From Cetorhinus maximus (lineage: Eukaryota), in contig NC_135901.1 of NCBI RefSeq assembly GCF_964194155.1, forward strand, positions 27,466,001 through 27,530,000: a stretch of DNA of 64,000 nucleotides, in the 5' to 3' direction. The notes under the pieces were generated by a model that saw only the letters and a program-made list of their open reading frames with translations, was not told the origin of the DNA and made no database searches. The translations under genes and the position numbers were made by a program. Shown piece by piece: positions 1-11,700 of the stretch (position 1 is its first letter; the number at the start of each line of letters is the position of its first letter).

Positions 1-590
1 CGGTAAAGAGGTTTCTCATGAAATCCCTATTGGATTATTGATCCCCTTCATCATCTTAAAGCCTTCCATCAGGTCACCTTTCAGTCTTCTCTTTTCTAGA
101 GAAAAGCAGCCCCAGCCTTTCCTGAGGGTTAAATGCTCTCACTCCTGGTATTATTCTTGTGAATCTTTGTTGCCCCTTCTCCAGTGTCTCTATTTCATCT
201 GTCTAAATGGAGATCACATCTGTTGACAGTGCTCCCAGTGTAGTCTAACCATGGTTCGAAACAAGTTGAACATAACCTCCCTGCTTTTCAATTCTGTCCC
301 TCTAGAATGGAACCCTATATCTAGGCCTCACACTTTCGGAAAGATGTGAAGTTCTTCGAGGGGGTGCAGAGGAGATTTATGAGAGTGATACCAGGGATGA
401 AAGGACCTGGAGGCAGATTCATTCATGGTTTTCCACAGAGAACTGGATAACTATCTGAAGAGGATAAATTGACAGGGTGATGGTGAAAGGCAGGGGAGTT
501 GCTTTGGGTGACTTGCTCTTGCAGAGAGCTGGCACAGACACAATGGGCTGAATGGCTTCCTTCAGTGTTGGAACCATTCCATGATTCTAG
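1..590. repeat. Degenerate CR1 fragments forming the duplicated 3' flank of the ZNF cassettes
   Basis: Near-identical to 20160-20560, 39300-39600 and, inverted, 35940-36340 and 44150-44560; CR1-like 'PHFRKDVKFLEGVQRRF' and 3' tail 'atgggctgaatggcttccttc'. Confidence 0.7.
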
Positions 591-627
591 AACACCAGCT
601 CGCTGATTCTATTCAACACGTCATGAC

Positions 628-1098
628 GGTGGGTAGCACACTCGCCTCTGAGTCAGGAGGTGGGGGGTTCGAATCCCCACTCCAGAGGCTCGAGCCCCCA
701 TAATCCAGCGCCCACACTCCCGGTGCCAGTACTGAGGGAGAGCCGTCCCATCGGAGGGACCATCTTTCGAGTGAGACGTTAACCTGAGGGTCCCGTCTGC
801 CCTCTCAGGTGGATGTACAAGACTGAATGGTCATAACTGGAAGGAGAGCAGGAGTGGAAGGTGTTCACCCCCACCCCCTGCCCCCAGTGTCCTGGGGCCT
901 GATATTTATCCCTCAAACAATATCAGTAAAAATAGATGATCTGGTCATCATCACATTGCTGTCTGTGGGATCTTGCTCTGCACAAATTGGGTTCCACGTT
1001 TCCTGCAGTGACAACACTTCAGAAAGAGCTTCTGTGGCAGTGAAACACATATTGAGATGCCCTGAGGTGGTGAAAGGTGCTATACAAATGCAGGTTTT
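628..1098 (+). mobile_element. tRNA-derived SINE, DeuSINE/SacSINE1-like, with L2-type tail
   Basis: B-box GGTTCGAATCC in head; central 'gggatcttgctctgcacaaattgg'; tail 'gtgaaaggtgctatacaaatgcagg' shared with the L2 3' end near 3190. Confidence 0.75.
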
Positions 1099-1334
1099 AA
1101 ACTCACACATTCCTATCCTCACAGGCAGATCGTCCAGCAGGAGCATGAGCCAGCTGACTGGGGGGTAGGAACTCCCAGTGTGGACTGAGGCTGCTTCCCT
1201 TCAGAGGCCACTGAATCCATTGTGGGAAGAGACCATTTAAAGAGGGTTCCTGGACTTGCTGGTCTGAGAATCCAGCCCTTTTCCCCCTGTGTAATGCTGG
1301 CTGAGAATAAACATTGGGGCTGCTGAAGGTACTG

Positions 1335-2350
1335 AAACTACTTCTGCCACTGAAGATGGGCGGAGGTAATGTTTCCATCCCTGTTATTCTGTTTGTAAAC
1401 AATTTATCTCCCAAACTAATGAACGCATTTTAACAAAACTCAGTACACCAACAGGATATGGCTCGTGGAAGAACTGATTTGTTTTTGGCGATGATCTGAA
1501 TCCTGGAATTTTTGAAGGGATTTGTTCACATTGGGAGATTGTGAGAATTGACTATTTTCTTTTAGATTCTTGGAGTTTGCTTTATTCTGAATGTTGATTG
1601 TTTTTGAATGTTGTGGGTTGTCTCCGCTGCTGGGGTGGAATGTGTCACAGTTGTCAAAATGTGAGCAGAGTTTTCAGATCAGGTTATAGGATCTGGAGAT
1701 TGGTTCTGTTAATAAATGCGTTTATTTTTTCTGCTTTGCAGATACAGAGCATACTTTCAGCCCTGTTTGTCTGTCTGTAATACGTCTCAAAAATTAATGG
1801 ATGGATTTGGATATGGTAAGGCCCAAGGAAGAAATGATGACATTTGGTGAAGATGCTGACCAGATCCAGACCCTGGAAGCTTTTGTATTCATACGCAGAG
1901 CCCAGTCCCCTGCAGGCAAAAGGAATTTGTCCAGGCATTTCACCTTTTCAATTAAACAAAAGCTTGGGGGACAATTGTTCCCTCGTGCATTCCCCATGGC
2001 AACCCCTCAACCAATCAGAGTCCATATGCCAACCAATCAACACCCTGTTTCTCAGTCAGTGTAAGTTGCTGTTCCCTCTGACATTTGTATTCTTGGCTCT
2101 GGCCTGATGAGTGCAAGACAAAAAACTTCAACAACATGTCTCTTTTTTGTGTGTTTTAAAAGTGTTTGATGGCATTGGGAGATTGTGTGAAATAATGATT
2201 TGTTTCCTCACTGACAATTTATTATAAATAATGATAACAAACTGTCGTCAAAAAAGTCACATACATTTGCACTGGCAAATTTGTTAATTTTAGTGGTAAA
2301 TGTTCTCGATCCGGATCATTTTTCAGATCCAAAGATCAATTCTATACATG
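1335..2350 (+). mobile_element. Possible Helentron-associated non-autonomous (HINE/DINE-like) remnants
   Basis: Subterminal inverted pair cttctgcc..ggcggagg, 'tgtctgtctg' microsatellite, repeated 'ggcccaaggaagaa...gatcc' blocks; family assigned from recall of similar fish elements. Confidence 0.4.
1960..2150 (+). mobile_element. Penelope-derived terminal repeat with degenerate minimal hammerhead motif
   Basis: CTGATGA-gtgcaagac-(G>A)AAA near 2104-2125; homologous copies at 51215-51420 (-) and 55600-55770 (+). Confidence 0.5.
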
Positions 2351-2689
2351 TAGTTAAAAATTCTATTTAAAAACTCACACAAACGATCGTTTCTGCTCAC
2401 TGCACAATGATAAAGCAATGTGCAGCCATCAGCTAATCCCACACTCCCAATGAAGCCTATAGTCTGGTGTCAGCTGATTGTGGAATCACAAACATGCTGA
2501 TGTCATCTTATGACATCATCACAATAGAATGTGATTACATCAGCGGATTGCGCAATCCCAGTTGAATGCGATGATATCAGCTTGATCTTAGACATAAGCA
2601 GTGTGATGGGAAATGTACAAAACTGGACCAGTTTTCTTCAATAGAGAAACTCTGCTGCCCGTCTCCCAACTCACACTCAGTCCCATTCA

Positions 2690-3210
2690 CCTATCACCCC
2701 CTGTGCTCACTGACCGACATTGGCTCCCACTCAAGCAATGCCTCAATTTTAAAATTCTCCTCCTTGGGCCCAATTTTACCTCTGTAAAAGTGAATGGGAT
2801 TTTGATTGAGCTAAATTCAAATCCCTCCACTGCCTCCTTTTTTTCAAATCACCACGTGGTCTCACAAACTCTCCCCGTCTCTGTAATCTTCTCCATCCCT
2901 ACAACCCTCCGAGATATCTGTGCTCCACTAATTCTGGCCTCTTCAGTATCCCCGGTTTCAATTGCACAACCACTGGGGGCTGTGTCTTCAGCTGCCTAGG
3001 CCCCACACTCTGGAATTCCCTCCCTAAACCTCTCTGCCCTTCGATCTTTTTTGCTCTTTTAGAACACTCCTTAAAACCTACCTCTTTAACCAAGCTACTA
3101 TTGATCTGAGTTAATATCTCTAAGTGGCTCGGTGTCAGATTTGGTTTGATACTCACTCCTGTGAAGCTCCCTGGGATGTTTAAAACTGCTATATAAATGC
3201 AGGTTGTTTT
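2690..3210 (+). mobile_element. L2 LINE 3' fragment
   Basis: ORF2 C-terminus PVLTDRHWLPLKQCLNFKILLL (cf. L2 HITPVL..LHWLP..RI.FKILLL) and tail gctatataaatgcagg. Confidence 0.75.
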
Positions 3211-3974
3211 TGTTGTGATGTTTGAATTATTTTCAGGGGACACCACTATTGTTAAGCAGTCAAACACTTTCTTGCTGCGTCCAGTGAGAGCTAAGGAAGG
3301 CTGTTGACAATAATCGGCCATGCAAGGCTTTGTTCCATGTTTAAATATACAGAGGAGTGGAGACATTGTTAAATCGCTCACTCAGAGCTGAACAGAAACC
3401 AGTCTCTTTAAACACACAAACAGGGAAGAGGCTGAGATGAAATCTGTCCCTTTTAACCTGCACAAAAGCAGGAGCCTCAGATTCACAGGCTGCAGAACGA
3501 GTCCATTCGGCCCATTGTGCCCCTGCCATCTCTTTGAAGGGACTCTCTGATTCATCCAACTGCTCTGCTCTTTCCCCACAGCCCTGCAAATTCTTCCCCT
3601 TCAAGTATTTACCCTTTGGAAAGATACCATTGAATCTGCTTTCAGACAGATCAGAACAACTCGCTGTGTCAAAAAATAAAATCTCATCTCCCCTCTGGCT
3701 CCTTTGCCAATTACGTTAGAGGGACTACCTTAGGGGGACTCACTTTCTGTTAGAGAGCCTGCCAACCCCTCTCACCCACTTTCCCTAAAGTGCAGAAATC
3801 TAATCCTGAAAAGTCCAGAAAAATCAAACATTTATACCAAGTTGATTAATAAAACAGAACATGGTTAAAAGAAAACAGAAAATTACTTAAGGATCAAAGA
3901 CAACCAGAGTAAAAGGATGTGCACAATGTTCTGGACCCAAATGGTTTCTCTTTAATTCATCTGTCCCCTGTTTG

Positions 3975-4575
3975 CTGCCCTCTTTGTGGAACACCTCCGC
4001 TCAGTCCACAAGCATGACCCTGACCTTCCAGTTGCTGCCGTTATAATTCACCACCTTGCTCTCATGCTCACATTTCTGTCCTCGGCCTGCTGCAATGTTC
4101 CCAAGAAGCCCAACACAAGGTGGAGCACTTTACAGCCTTCTGGACTCAACATTGAGTTCAACAACTTCAGACCATCAACTCTGTTCTCTGTTTTGACCTT
4201 TTTTCGCTAAGTGCCAGTCTGCATCTTGTTTTCATGTTTTTGCTTTCAGACAGAGCTGTCCTTTATTCTGCCATTAACACTTACTCTGGACCAATGCTTT
4301 GTTTCTTTACTACAACTATTACCTCTCCCTTTGTCTTTTGTTCCATGAGATTTTTACTATTTAATCTCGCCCGCCCTCTAACCAATCCCTGACTTTCCCT
4401 TTTGTTCTACCAGACCCTCCCCCATTTCTCAACAGCATCAAACCCATCACATTTCTCCCTCTCTGAAATTCTGGAGAAGAATCAGACTGGACTTGAAACG
4501 TTAACTCTGTTTCTTTCACCAAAGATGCTGCCAGACCTGCTGAGTTTTTTCAGCACTTTCTGTATTTACTTTAAA
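3975..4575 (+). mobile_element. Penelope-like element 3' remnant (GIY-YIG C-terminus plus terminal repeat)
   Basis: EHLRSVHKHDPDLPVA...LQPSGLNIEFNNFR matches the GIY-YIG ORF at 61641-62087; terminal 'gaaacgttaactctg...gatgctgccagacctgctgag'. Confidence 0.8.
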
Positions 4576-4839
4576 TCTATCTGTAATGGTAGCAAAAAAC
4601 ACGATTTACTATCCAGGATAAAATAAATGTCCATCATCAGCTTTTGTGGATCATTTCAGTGGAAATGTGCACTCCCAGGCTGAAAGAGCATCAGCCCACT
4701 GGAAGCAAAGTCGTGAGACTGGTCAGTCCAGCAGAAAGAAACCCTCCGATCCTCCCACTTCACCAAGTGTCATAATGAACATGATTCAGTCCTGGGTGTG
4801 ATTGACAGCAGCAATAACAGCAGAATCCAACTCCTGCAA

Positions 4840-5346
4840 TCACTTGTGAACTCGCTGGTGTCTCCGCAGGTTGGATAAATGAGTGAATCCCTTCCCACAC
4901 ACAGAGCAGGTGAACGCCTCTCTCCAGTGTGAACTCGCTGGTGGTCTCTGCAGTGGGATAACATAGTGAATCCTTTCCCACACGCGGAGCAGGTGAATGA
5001 CCTCTCCCCGGTGTGAACTCGCTGGTGTGTCAGCAGGGTGGATGAAACAGTGAATCCCTTCCCACACTTGGAGCAGATGAAGGGTCTCTCCCCCGTTTGA
5101 ACTGCTTTGTGTTTTTTTAAGGTCAGATGAATTACTGAATCCTTTCCCACACTCGGAGCATGTGAATGGCCTCTCCCCTGTGTGAACTCGCTGATGCCTC
5201 AGCAGGTTGGATGATTCAGTGAATCCCTTCCCACACACAGAGCAGGTGAACGGCCTCTCCCCAGTGTGACTGCGTCGATGAATCTCCAACTCAGATGGGG
5301 ATTTGAATCCCTTCCCACAGTCCCCACATTTCCATGGTTTCTCCAT
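4840..5346 (-). pseudogene. C2H2 zinc-finger gene A (6 fingers, two compensating frameshifts)
   Basis: [14 protein letters not shown] start, TGERPF linkers, HQRVHK-TGA end; fingers 4-5 lie in the alternative frame (ORF 4770-5150); splice acceptor ttttacag|g at 5712; family 3'UTR 4575-4839. Confidence 0.85.
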
Positions 5347-6084
5347 GGTGCGCTTGTCCTTGTGTCTCTCCAGGCCTGATGATCAGTTGAAGCCTCGTCC
5401 TCACACAGAACACCCATAATGTCTCTCCTCACTGTGAATGGAGTGATGTTTTTTCAGGCTGTGTAACAGGTTGAAGCTCTTTCCACACTCAGTGCACTGG
5501 AAACTCTCTCAGTCGGGTGTGTGGGTCTCAGTGCTTTTCTGGTCAAAATGTTGTTTAAAATTTTCTTGAAGCATACAGAACAGACAAACCTTTCTCCTTC
5601 TAGATTCAAAGGCCAATGATATTCAGGTCACGATGAATCGATTGACTCCATCAGATCTTGATGTAAAGTTTGTTTTAAGATTTCTGTTTGCAAATCCTTC
5701 CCCTCTAATATCCTGTAAAAGGAGTTTACACAAGACATCACTGTCAGTACAGGATAGAAATTCAGAACAGACAATTCTAGTTTCTAAGGAACATTCTTTC
5801 CTCTCTCGTTCCCCAAAAGCTGTAAATCTCCATCCCCAATGCACTCTCCTTCCATTCTCACTCTGCTGTATCTAATATACACCCAACAGTGTTAGGGTCG
5901 GAAGCAGTGAACTGTCAAGGAGTGGTTCAGTTGGTAATTGTAGGTTAATTGACAAGTACTTCACTGGGTGTATCTAAAGGGGAAACAGGTGAGACAATGT
6001 GTGTGAAGAATTATGTGTGTGCTAGAATAAAACTCTGCTTGAACTTTTTAAAGACATGACTGAAGTAGTCCAACAGGCGTATAA

Positions 6085-6402
6085 CTCTTTCGAGTTATCA
6101 ACAGATCGCATGTAACTCTTTCGAGTACATTCACAGTTCTTGGTTTCCGGGAGTGGGACATGAACCCAAAACCTTCTGATTCAAAGGCGAGGGTGCTTAT
6201 GAACTGAGCCACAGCTGACACCTCCCCAAAACTCTGCTTGAAACTCTTTTGAGTTATCAACAGTCACAGATTGCAACTCTTTCGAGTACAATCACAGTTC
6301 TTGGTTTTCCGGGAGTGGGACATGAACCCACAACCCTCTGATTCAAAGGCGAGGGTGCTATGAACTGAGCCACAGCTGACACCTCCCCAAAACTCTGCTT
6401 GA
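6085..6402 (-). repeat. Tandem dimer (~160-bp period) of a short tRNA-SINE-head element
   Basis: Two copies of A-box 'tggctcagtt' and B-box-like 'gggttcatgtcc'; bounded by repeated aaaactctgcttgaa at ~6029, 6228 and 6388. Confidence 0.7.
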
Positions 6403-7717
6403 AGGAGTACAGACCTGGTTTCTGTCTTTATTATCAAGAAGCCATTGGAGCTTAACATACAGTACTCCATTACATGGTTAGGGACAGATGGGTCTGTTAG
6501 GGAGAACTTTATTTCAACAGTGAGTGCTGATGACCTGGATCTCGCTGTCTATGAAGGTGATGGGAGCATAAACGAAACTGGATGGACAGACGAAGGAAAT
6601 AACCTTGCAGGGGAACGGGCATATAGAGGGGGAATGGGACTGAGTGAATTACTCTGCAGAGAGTCGGCATGGACTTGAGTTGCAGAATGGACTCCTTCTG
6701 TGCTGTAATGGCTCTATGACTGGATATACATCACGTAGCTACAGTACTGTAGGAACTAGGACTAGGAACGATAATACATAAACTCTATTACAGAATCATA
6801 ATTATTATATCTAAAATGTCCCCTATCACAACATTAGATATATCTATGTCCTATATTATTGTATTGTCCAGGGGGCAGAACTCTTATAAAATAAAATAAG
6901 GAACACATCAGCCATGGGGCTGGAGGCATGGCTGGGGGGTGTGGTGCTGGTGACCAAGACAGCAGTTGGGGAGGGTTGTGGATTTCAATATGAGACGGGC
7001 TGGGGAGAAGGGGTCTTGAGACAATAATAGTGGGAGGGGTGGGGGATAAAATTAACTAAAACTTACAACTTATTTTGTTCAGTCAGAACACCATCATCTC
7101 TCTGCTGGCCGACTCACTCACTTGCCGTCTCACTCAAACTTACTCTGGAAACTCCCGGGATCAGTTTCCCACAGGCTGTCCTAGAAATACGGGGCAAAAG
7201 GCAAAATAAGGAGCAATCCCTCAAAATACAGGACAGTTAATTACCCTGAAATTGTCCCCTTAAATGTCAACCATCTCCCAAGGAAACCACCCCTTTAATT
7301 GTGAAATACATAACGTAGCTACAATATATATTGCAAGACTAAAAACAATAATAAATAAACTTTATTACAGAACCATAAATAATATATCCAATATTTACCA
7401 TATAACACCAGACACATCTCTGTCCTATATTAATTTACTGTCCCCTTAAATGTCAGCCATCTCCTGGGGAAACCACCCTTTTAATTGTGAACATTAGGAA
7501 AGAGACCATCCTTTTAGCCAGACAAATAAATGTGTCAAGCTGAGGGAGCAAAGGATGTCAATGTCTTTAAGAGAGAGAGAGAGACCTGGGCCAACCTTTC
7601 CAGAGTCTGCACCCTCCCTGGATTCACTTCATTTCCCTACAGTTCCTGCAAGTCAACAATTCACCCCAGAATGAGGAAAGAAATGGAAAGGGGGAGAAAA
7701 GAAAGTGTTTTACTCAC

Positions 7718-8284
7718 AGATGTTGGACACAGGAGGCAGTTTTAGTCTGTGTGAAGCTCAATCTTCATTCAGACAAAAACCCGCGCTCTGATTGGCTGGT
7801 GGGCAAGAGACCTTCCGGTCCTCCAACTCTTCCCATTGGTCAATCTCCAGCATGAGGACAATGGAGCAGCGGAAGTCGTCGTGGGCCGTGGAGACCCTTT
7901 GACCCTCGTGATGGATGAGTGTTGGTCAATGGGCAAAAATCCACTCTCTGCACATGCGCAGCTGTCCCACTCCCTCGGACCTGCGCTGCTTCCCCTCTCC
8001 CTCGGACATGCGCAGTCCCGGGCCGACAGCCCGCGCGGCGGATAGAGCGGTTTCCCCATCGCGGGGGAATGTGGGAGCTGCGGCCGTCATTACTCATTCG
8101 GAGCCCAGTCTCCAAACTCCTGGGACTGGGATGGAAAGTGGGGTTGGGGGCGCGCAGTGACCCCGCCCTGAAACAAAGTACATGGGGGTAGTCACTGGAT
8201 TTGATTGTGTCGTCCCCTTAGCAGTTTGTTAGCTTCAGGTGTAAAGATTTAGACACCTGGGTGACATATTTGGGAGGGCAACAG
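7718..8284. promoter_or_regulatory. Bidirectional CpG-rich promoter with divergent non-coding first exons
   Basis: Minus arm CCAAT-CCGGAAG(ETS)-CCAAT then exon ending catct|GTGAGT (donor 7712-7717); NRF1-like GCGCATGTGC; ZNF143-like site ~8059-8078; plus-arm donor acag|GTGAGT at 8285. Confidence 0.75.
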
Positions 8285-8748
8285 GTGAGTGTGAAACAGA
8301 GCCCGAGAGAACCTTCAGGGGCGGAGAGTTGGGGGGAAAGCAGAAGGAGGATAGTAGCGTCAATTAGGGTTACAATGAATAGGGAGGAACGGAGTGTGAG
8401 GGGGGCAGAGATTTATAGTTAGAGAAGAAGGATTCTGCTGTTATTGCTGCTGTTATTCAGATCCAGGAGCAAACCATATTCATCCTGACCATTGGGGTTT
8501 ATTTCTGCTCATGTTAATGACCCCTGTAACTGAGCTGGAGTTTAATATTCTGGATGTAAATGGAATTAATCAGCTTTGGATTGAACACCCTGTGTCATGT
8601 CCTTGATGTGGGATAAATTGGGATTACTGATTTGCTGGGTGAGCAGTGTCTCTTTAAGAACTGCTGTTTGTGGTCTCTCCTCATTCATTCAGAGACTCTC
8701 AGCTGAAATTATTTTACAATAAAACAGTTCACTTTCAGCATCACATCC

Positions 8749-11700
8749 TAAGGTTAGGTTTAGGGTTCAGTTAGGGTTAGTTTTAGGTTTAGGGTTATGG
8801 TTAGGGTTAAGGTGAGGGTTCGGTTCAGGCTTATGGTTAGTGTTAGGTTTAGGGCAATGATTAGTTTTAGGGTTAGTGTTAGGTTTCGGCTTGTGTTTAG
8901 GGTGATGGTTAGGGTTAGGGTTATGGTTAGGTTTAGGGTTAGGGTTAGGGTTATGGTTAGTTTTAGATTTAGATTTAGTATTAGCTTTAGGGTGAGAGTT
9001 AGGTTTAAGATTAGGGTTAGGTTTAGGGTTATGGTTAAGTTTATGGCTATGGTTAAGTTCACGGTTAGGTTTAGGATTCTGGATAGGTTTAGGGTTATGG
9101 TTAGGTTGAGTGTTAGGTTTAGGGCTATGGGTAGGTTTAGAGTTAAGTTCAGGGTTATGGTTAGGTTTACGGCTATGGTTACGTTGAGGGTTAGGGTTAG
9201 AGTCATGGTTAGGCTTCGGGTTATGGTTAGGTTTAGGGTTAGTGTTAGGTTTATGTTAGGTTGAGTGTTAGGGTTAGACTTAGGGATATGGTTAGGTTTA
9301 GGTTTATGGTTAGGTTTAGGGTTAGGGTTAGGTTTAGGGTTAAGTTAGGGCTAGGTTTAAGTTTAGGGTTCGGGTTAAGTTTAGGGCTTTGGTTAGGTTG
9401 AGAACCATGGTTAGGTTCAGGATTCGTTTTAGTGTAATGGTTAGGGTTAGGTTTATGGTTAGATTTAGGGTTACAGTTAGGTTTAGGTTAAGGTTAGGGT
9501 TAGGATTTTGGTTAGGGTTATGGTTAGGTTTAGGGTTATGTTTAGGGTTAGGGTTATGGTTAGGTTTAGGGCTATGGCTAGGTTTAGGGTTAGATTTAGG
9601 GTTATGGTTACGGTTAGGGTTATGGTTAGGTTTAGAGTTAGGTTCAGGATTAGTGTTTGGATTATGGTTAGTTTTAGAGTTTGGCTTAGGGTTAAGCTTA
9701 GTTTTAGGGTTAGGGTTACGGTTAAGTTTAGGGTTATTGTTATGGTTAGTATTAGGTTTAGGGTTATGATTAGTTTTAGGGTTAGTGTTAGCTTTTGGCT
9801 TGTTTAAGGTAATGGTTAGGTTTCGGGTTAGGGTTAGGTTTAAAGTTATGGTTAGATTTAGGTTTATGGCTAGCTTTAAGGTTAGGTTTAGGCTTAGGTG
9901 TAGGGTTATGTTTAGACTTCTGGGTAGGGTTATTGTTAGGTTTAGCGTTATGGTTAGGTTTAGGATTAGGTTTATGGCAGGTTTAGGTTTAAAGTTAGGT
10001 TTAGGCTTAGGGTTAATGTTAAAGTTAGGTTTAGGGTTATTATTAAGTTTACGGTTATGCTTGGGTTTAGGGTTAGGTTTAAGGATATGGTTAGGTGTAG
10101 TGTTATGGTTAGGTTCATGGTTAGGTTTAGGGTTACAAATAGGTTTAGGGTTAGGGTTCGGGCTATGGTTAGTTTTAGGATTAGGTTTAGGGTTATGGTT
10201 ATGTTTAGGGTTAGATTTTGGGATTATGGTGAGGTTTAGTGTTATGGTTAGGTTCACGGTTAGGTTTAGGGTTATGGATAGGTTTAGGGTTAGGGTTCGG
10301 GTTGTGGTTAGGTTTAGGACTAGATTTAGGTATATGGTTAGGTTTAGTGTTATGGTTAGGTTCACGGTTAGGTTTAGGGTTATGGATAGGTTTAGGGTTA
10401 GGGTTCGGGTTGTGGTTAGGTTTAGGACTAGGTTTAGGTATACGGTTAGGTTTAGTGTTATAGTTAGGTTCACTGTTAAGTTTAGGGTTATGGTTATGTT
10501 TAGGGTTAGGTTTTGAGATATGGTTAGACTTAGGGTTAGGTTTAGGGTTATGGTTAGGTTTAGGGTTAGGTTTAGGGTTGGTTTTAGTGTTATGGTTAAG
10601 GCTAGGGCTGGGTTTAAGATTAGGGTTAGGGTTTGGGCTAGATTTAGGGTTAGATTTAGGGTTATGGTTACAATTAGGGTTATGGTTAGGTTCAGGGTTA
10701 GTGTTGGGATTATGGTTAGGTTTAGGGTTTGGCTTAGTGTTAGGGTTAGTTTTCGGGATATAGTTAGGTTTAGTGTTATGGTTATGTTCATGGTTAGGTT
10801 CAGGGTTATGGATAGGTTTAGGTTTAGGGTTATGGTTAGGTTTAGGATTAGGTTTAGGATTATGGTTATGGTCAGGTTTAGGGTTAAGTTTACTTTTCGG
10901 GTTAGGTTAGGGTTAGGGTTAGGGTTAAGGCTATGGTTAGGTTTAGGGCTATGATTAGATTTAGGGCTAGATTTAGGTTTAGTTTCAGTGTTATGGTTAT
11001 GGTTAGGGTTAGCATTATGGTTAGGTTTAGAGTTAGGATTCGGTTTAGATTTTGGGTCAGGTTTAGGGTTAGGGTTAGGATTAGGATTATGCTTAGGTTA
11101 GGATTATGGTCAGGTTTAGGGTTAGGTTTAGTTTCAGGGTTAGGGTTGAGGCTATGGTTAGGTTTAGGGCTAGGTTTAGGTTTATCTTTAGTGTTATGGT
11201 TAGGGTTCAGGTTAGGGTTAGGGGTATAGTTAGGGTTATGGTTAGTGTTAGGTTTAGAGTTAGGCTTAAGTTTAGGGTTAGGGTTAGGTTTAGGGCTATG
11301 GATAGGTTTAGGGCTAGGTTCAAGTTTAGTTTTAGTGTTATGGTTAGGGTTAGCTTTAGGGTTAGGTTAGGGTTAGGGTTAGCTTTAGGGTTAGGTTAGG
11401 GTTATGTTTAGGGTTTTGATTAGGGTTAGGTTTAGAGTTAGTTAGCCTTAGGGTTAGGTTCAGGGTTAGGTTAGGGTTATGGCTAGGTTTAGAATAATGG
11501 TTAGGGTTAGGGGTTAGGGTTAGGGCTATGGTTGGGTTTAGGGCTATGGTTATGTTTAGGGCTAGGTTTAGGTTTAGTTTTAATTTTATGGTTAGGGTTC
11601 ATGTTTGGGTTTGGTTTAGGGCTATTGTTAGGGTTAGGGCTAGGTTTAAGTTTAGTTTTAGTGTTGTGGTTTGGGTTAGGGTTAGCTTTAGTGTTAGGTT

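Noticed and set aside
628-700. tRNA genes at A/B-box sequences
   Set aside because: They are SINE heads followed by SINE bodies; no complete cloverleaf seen
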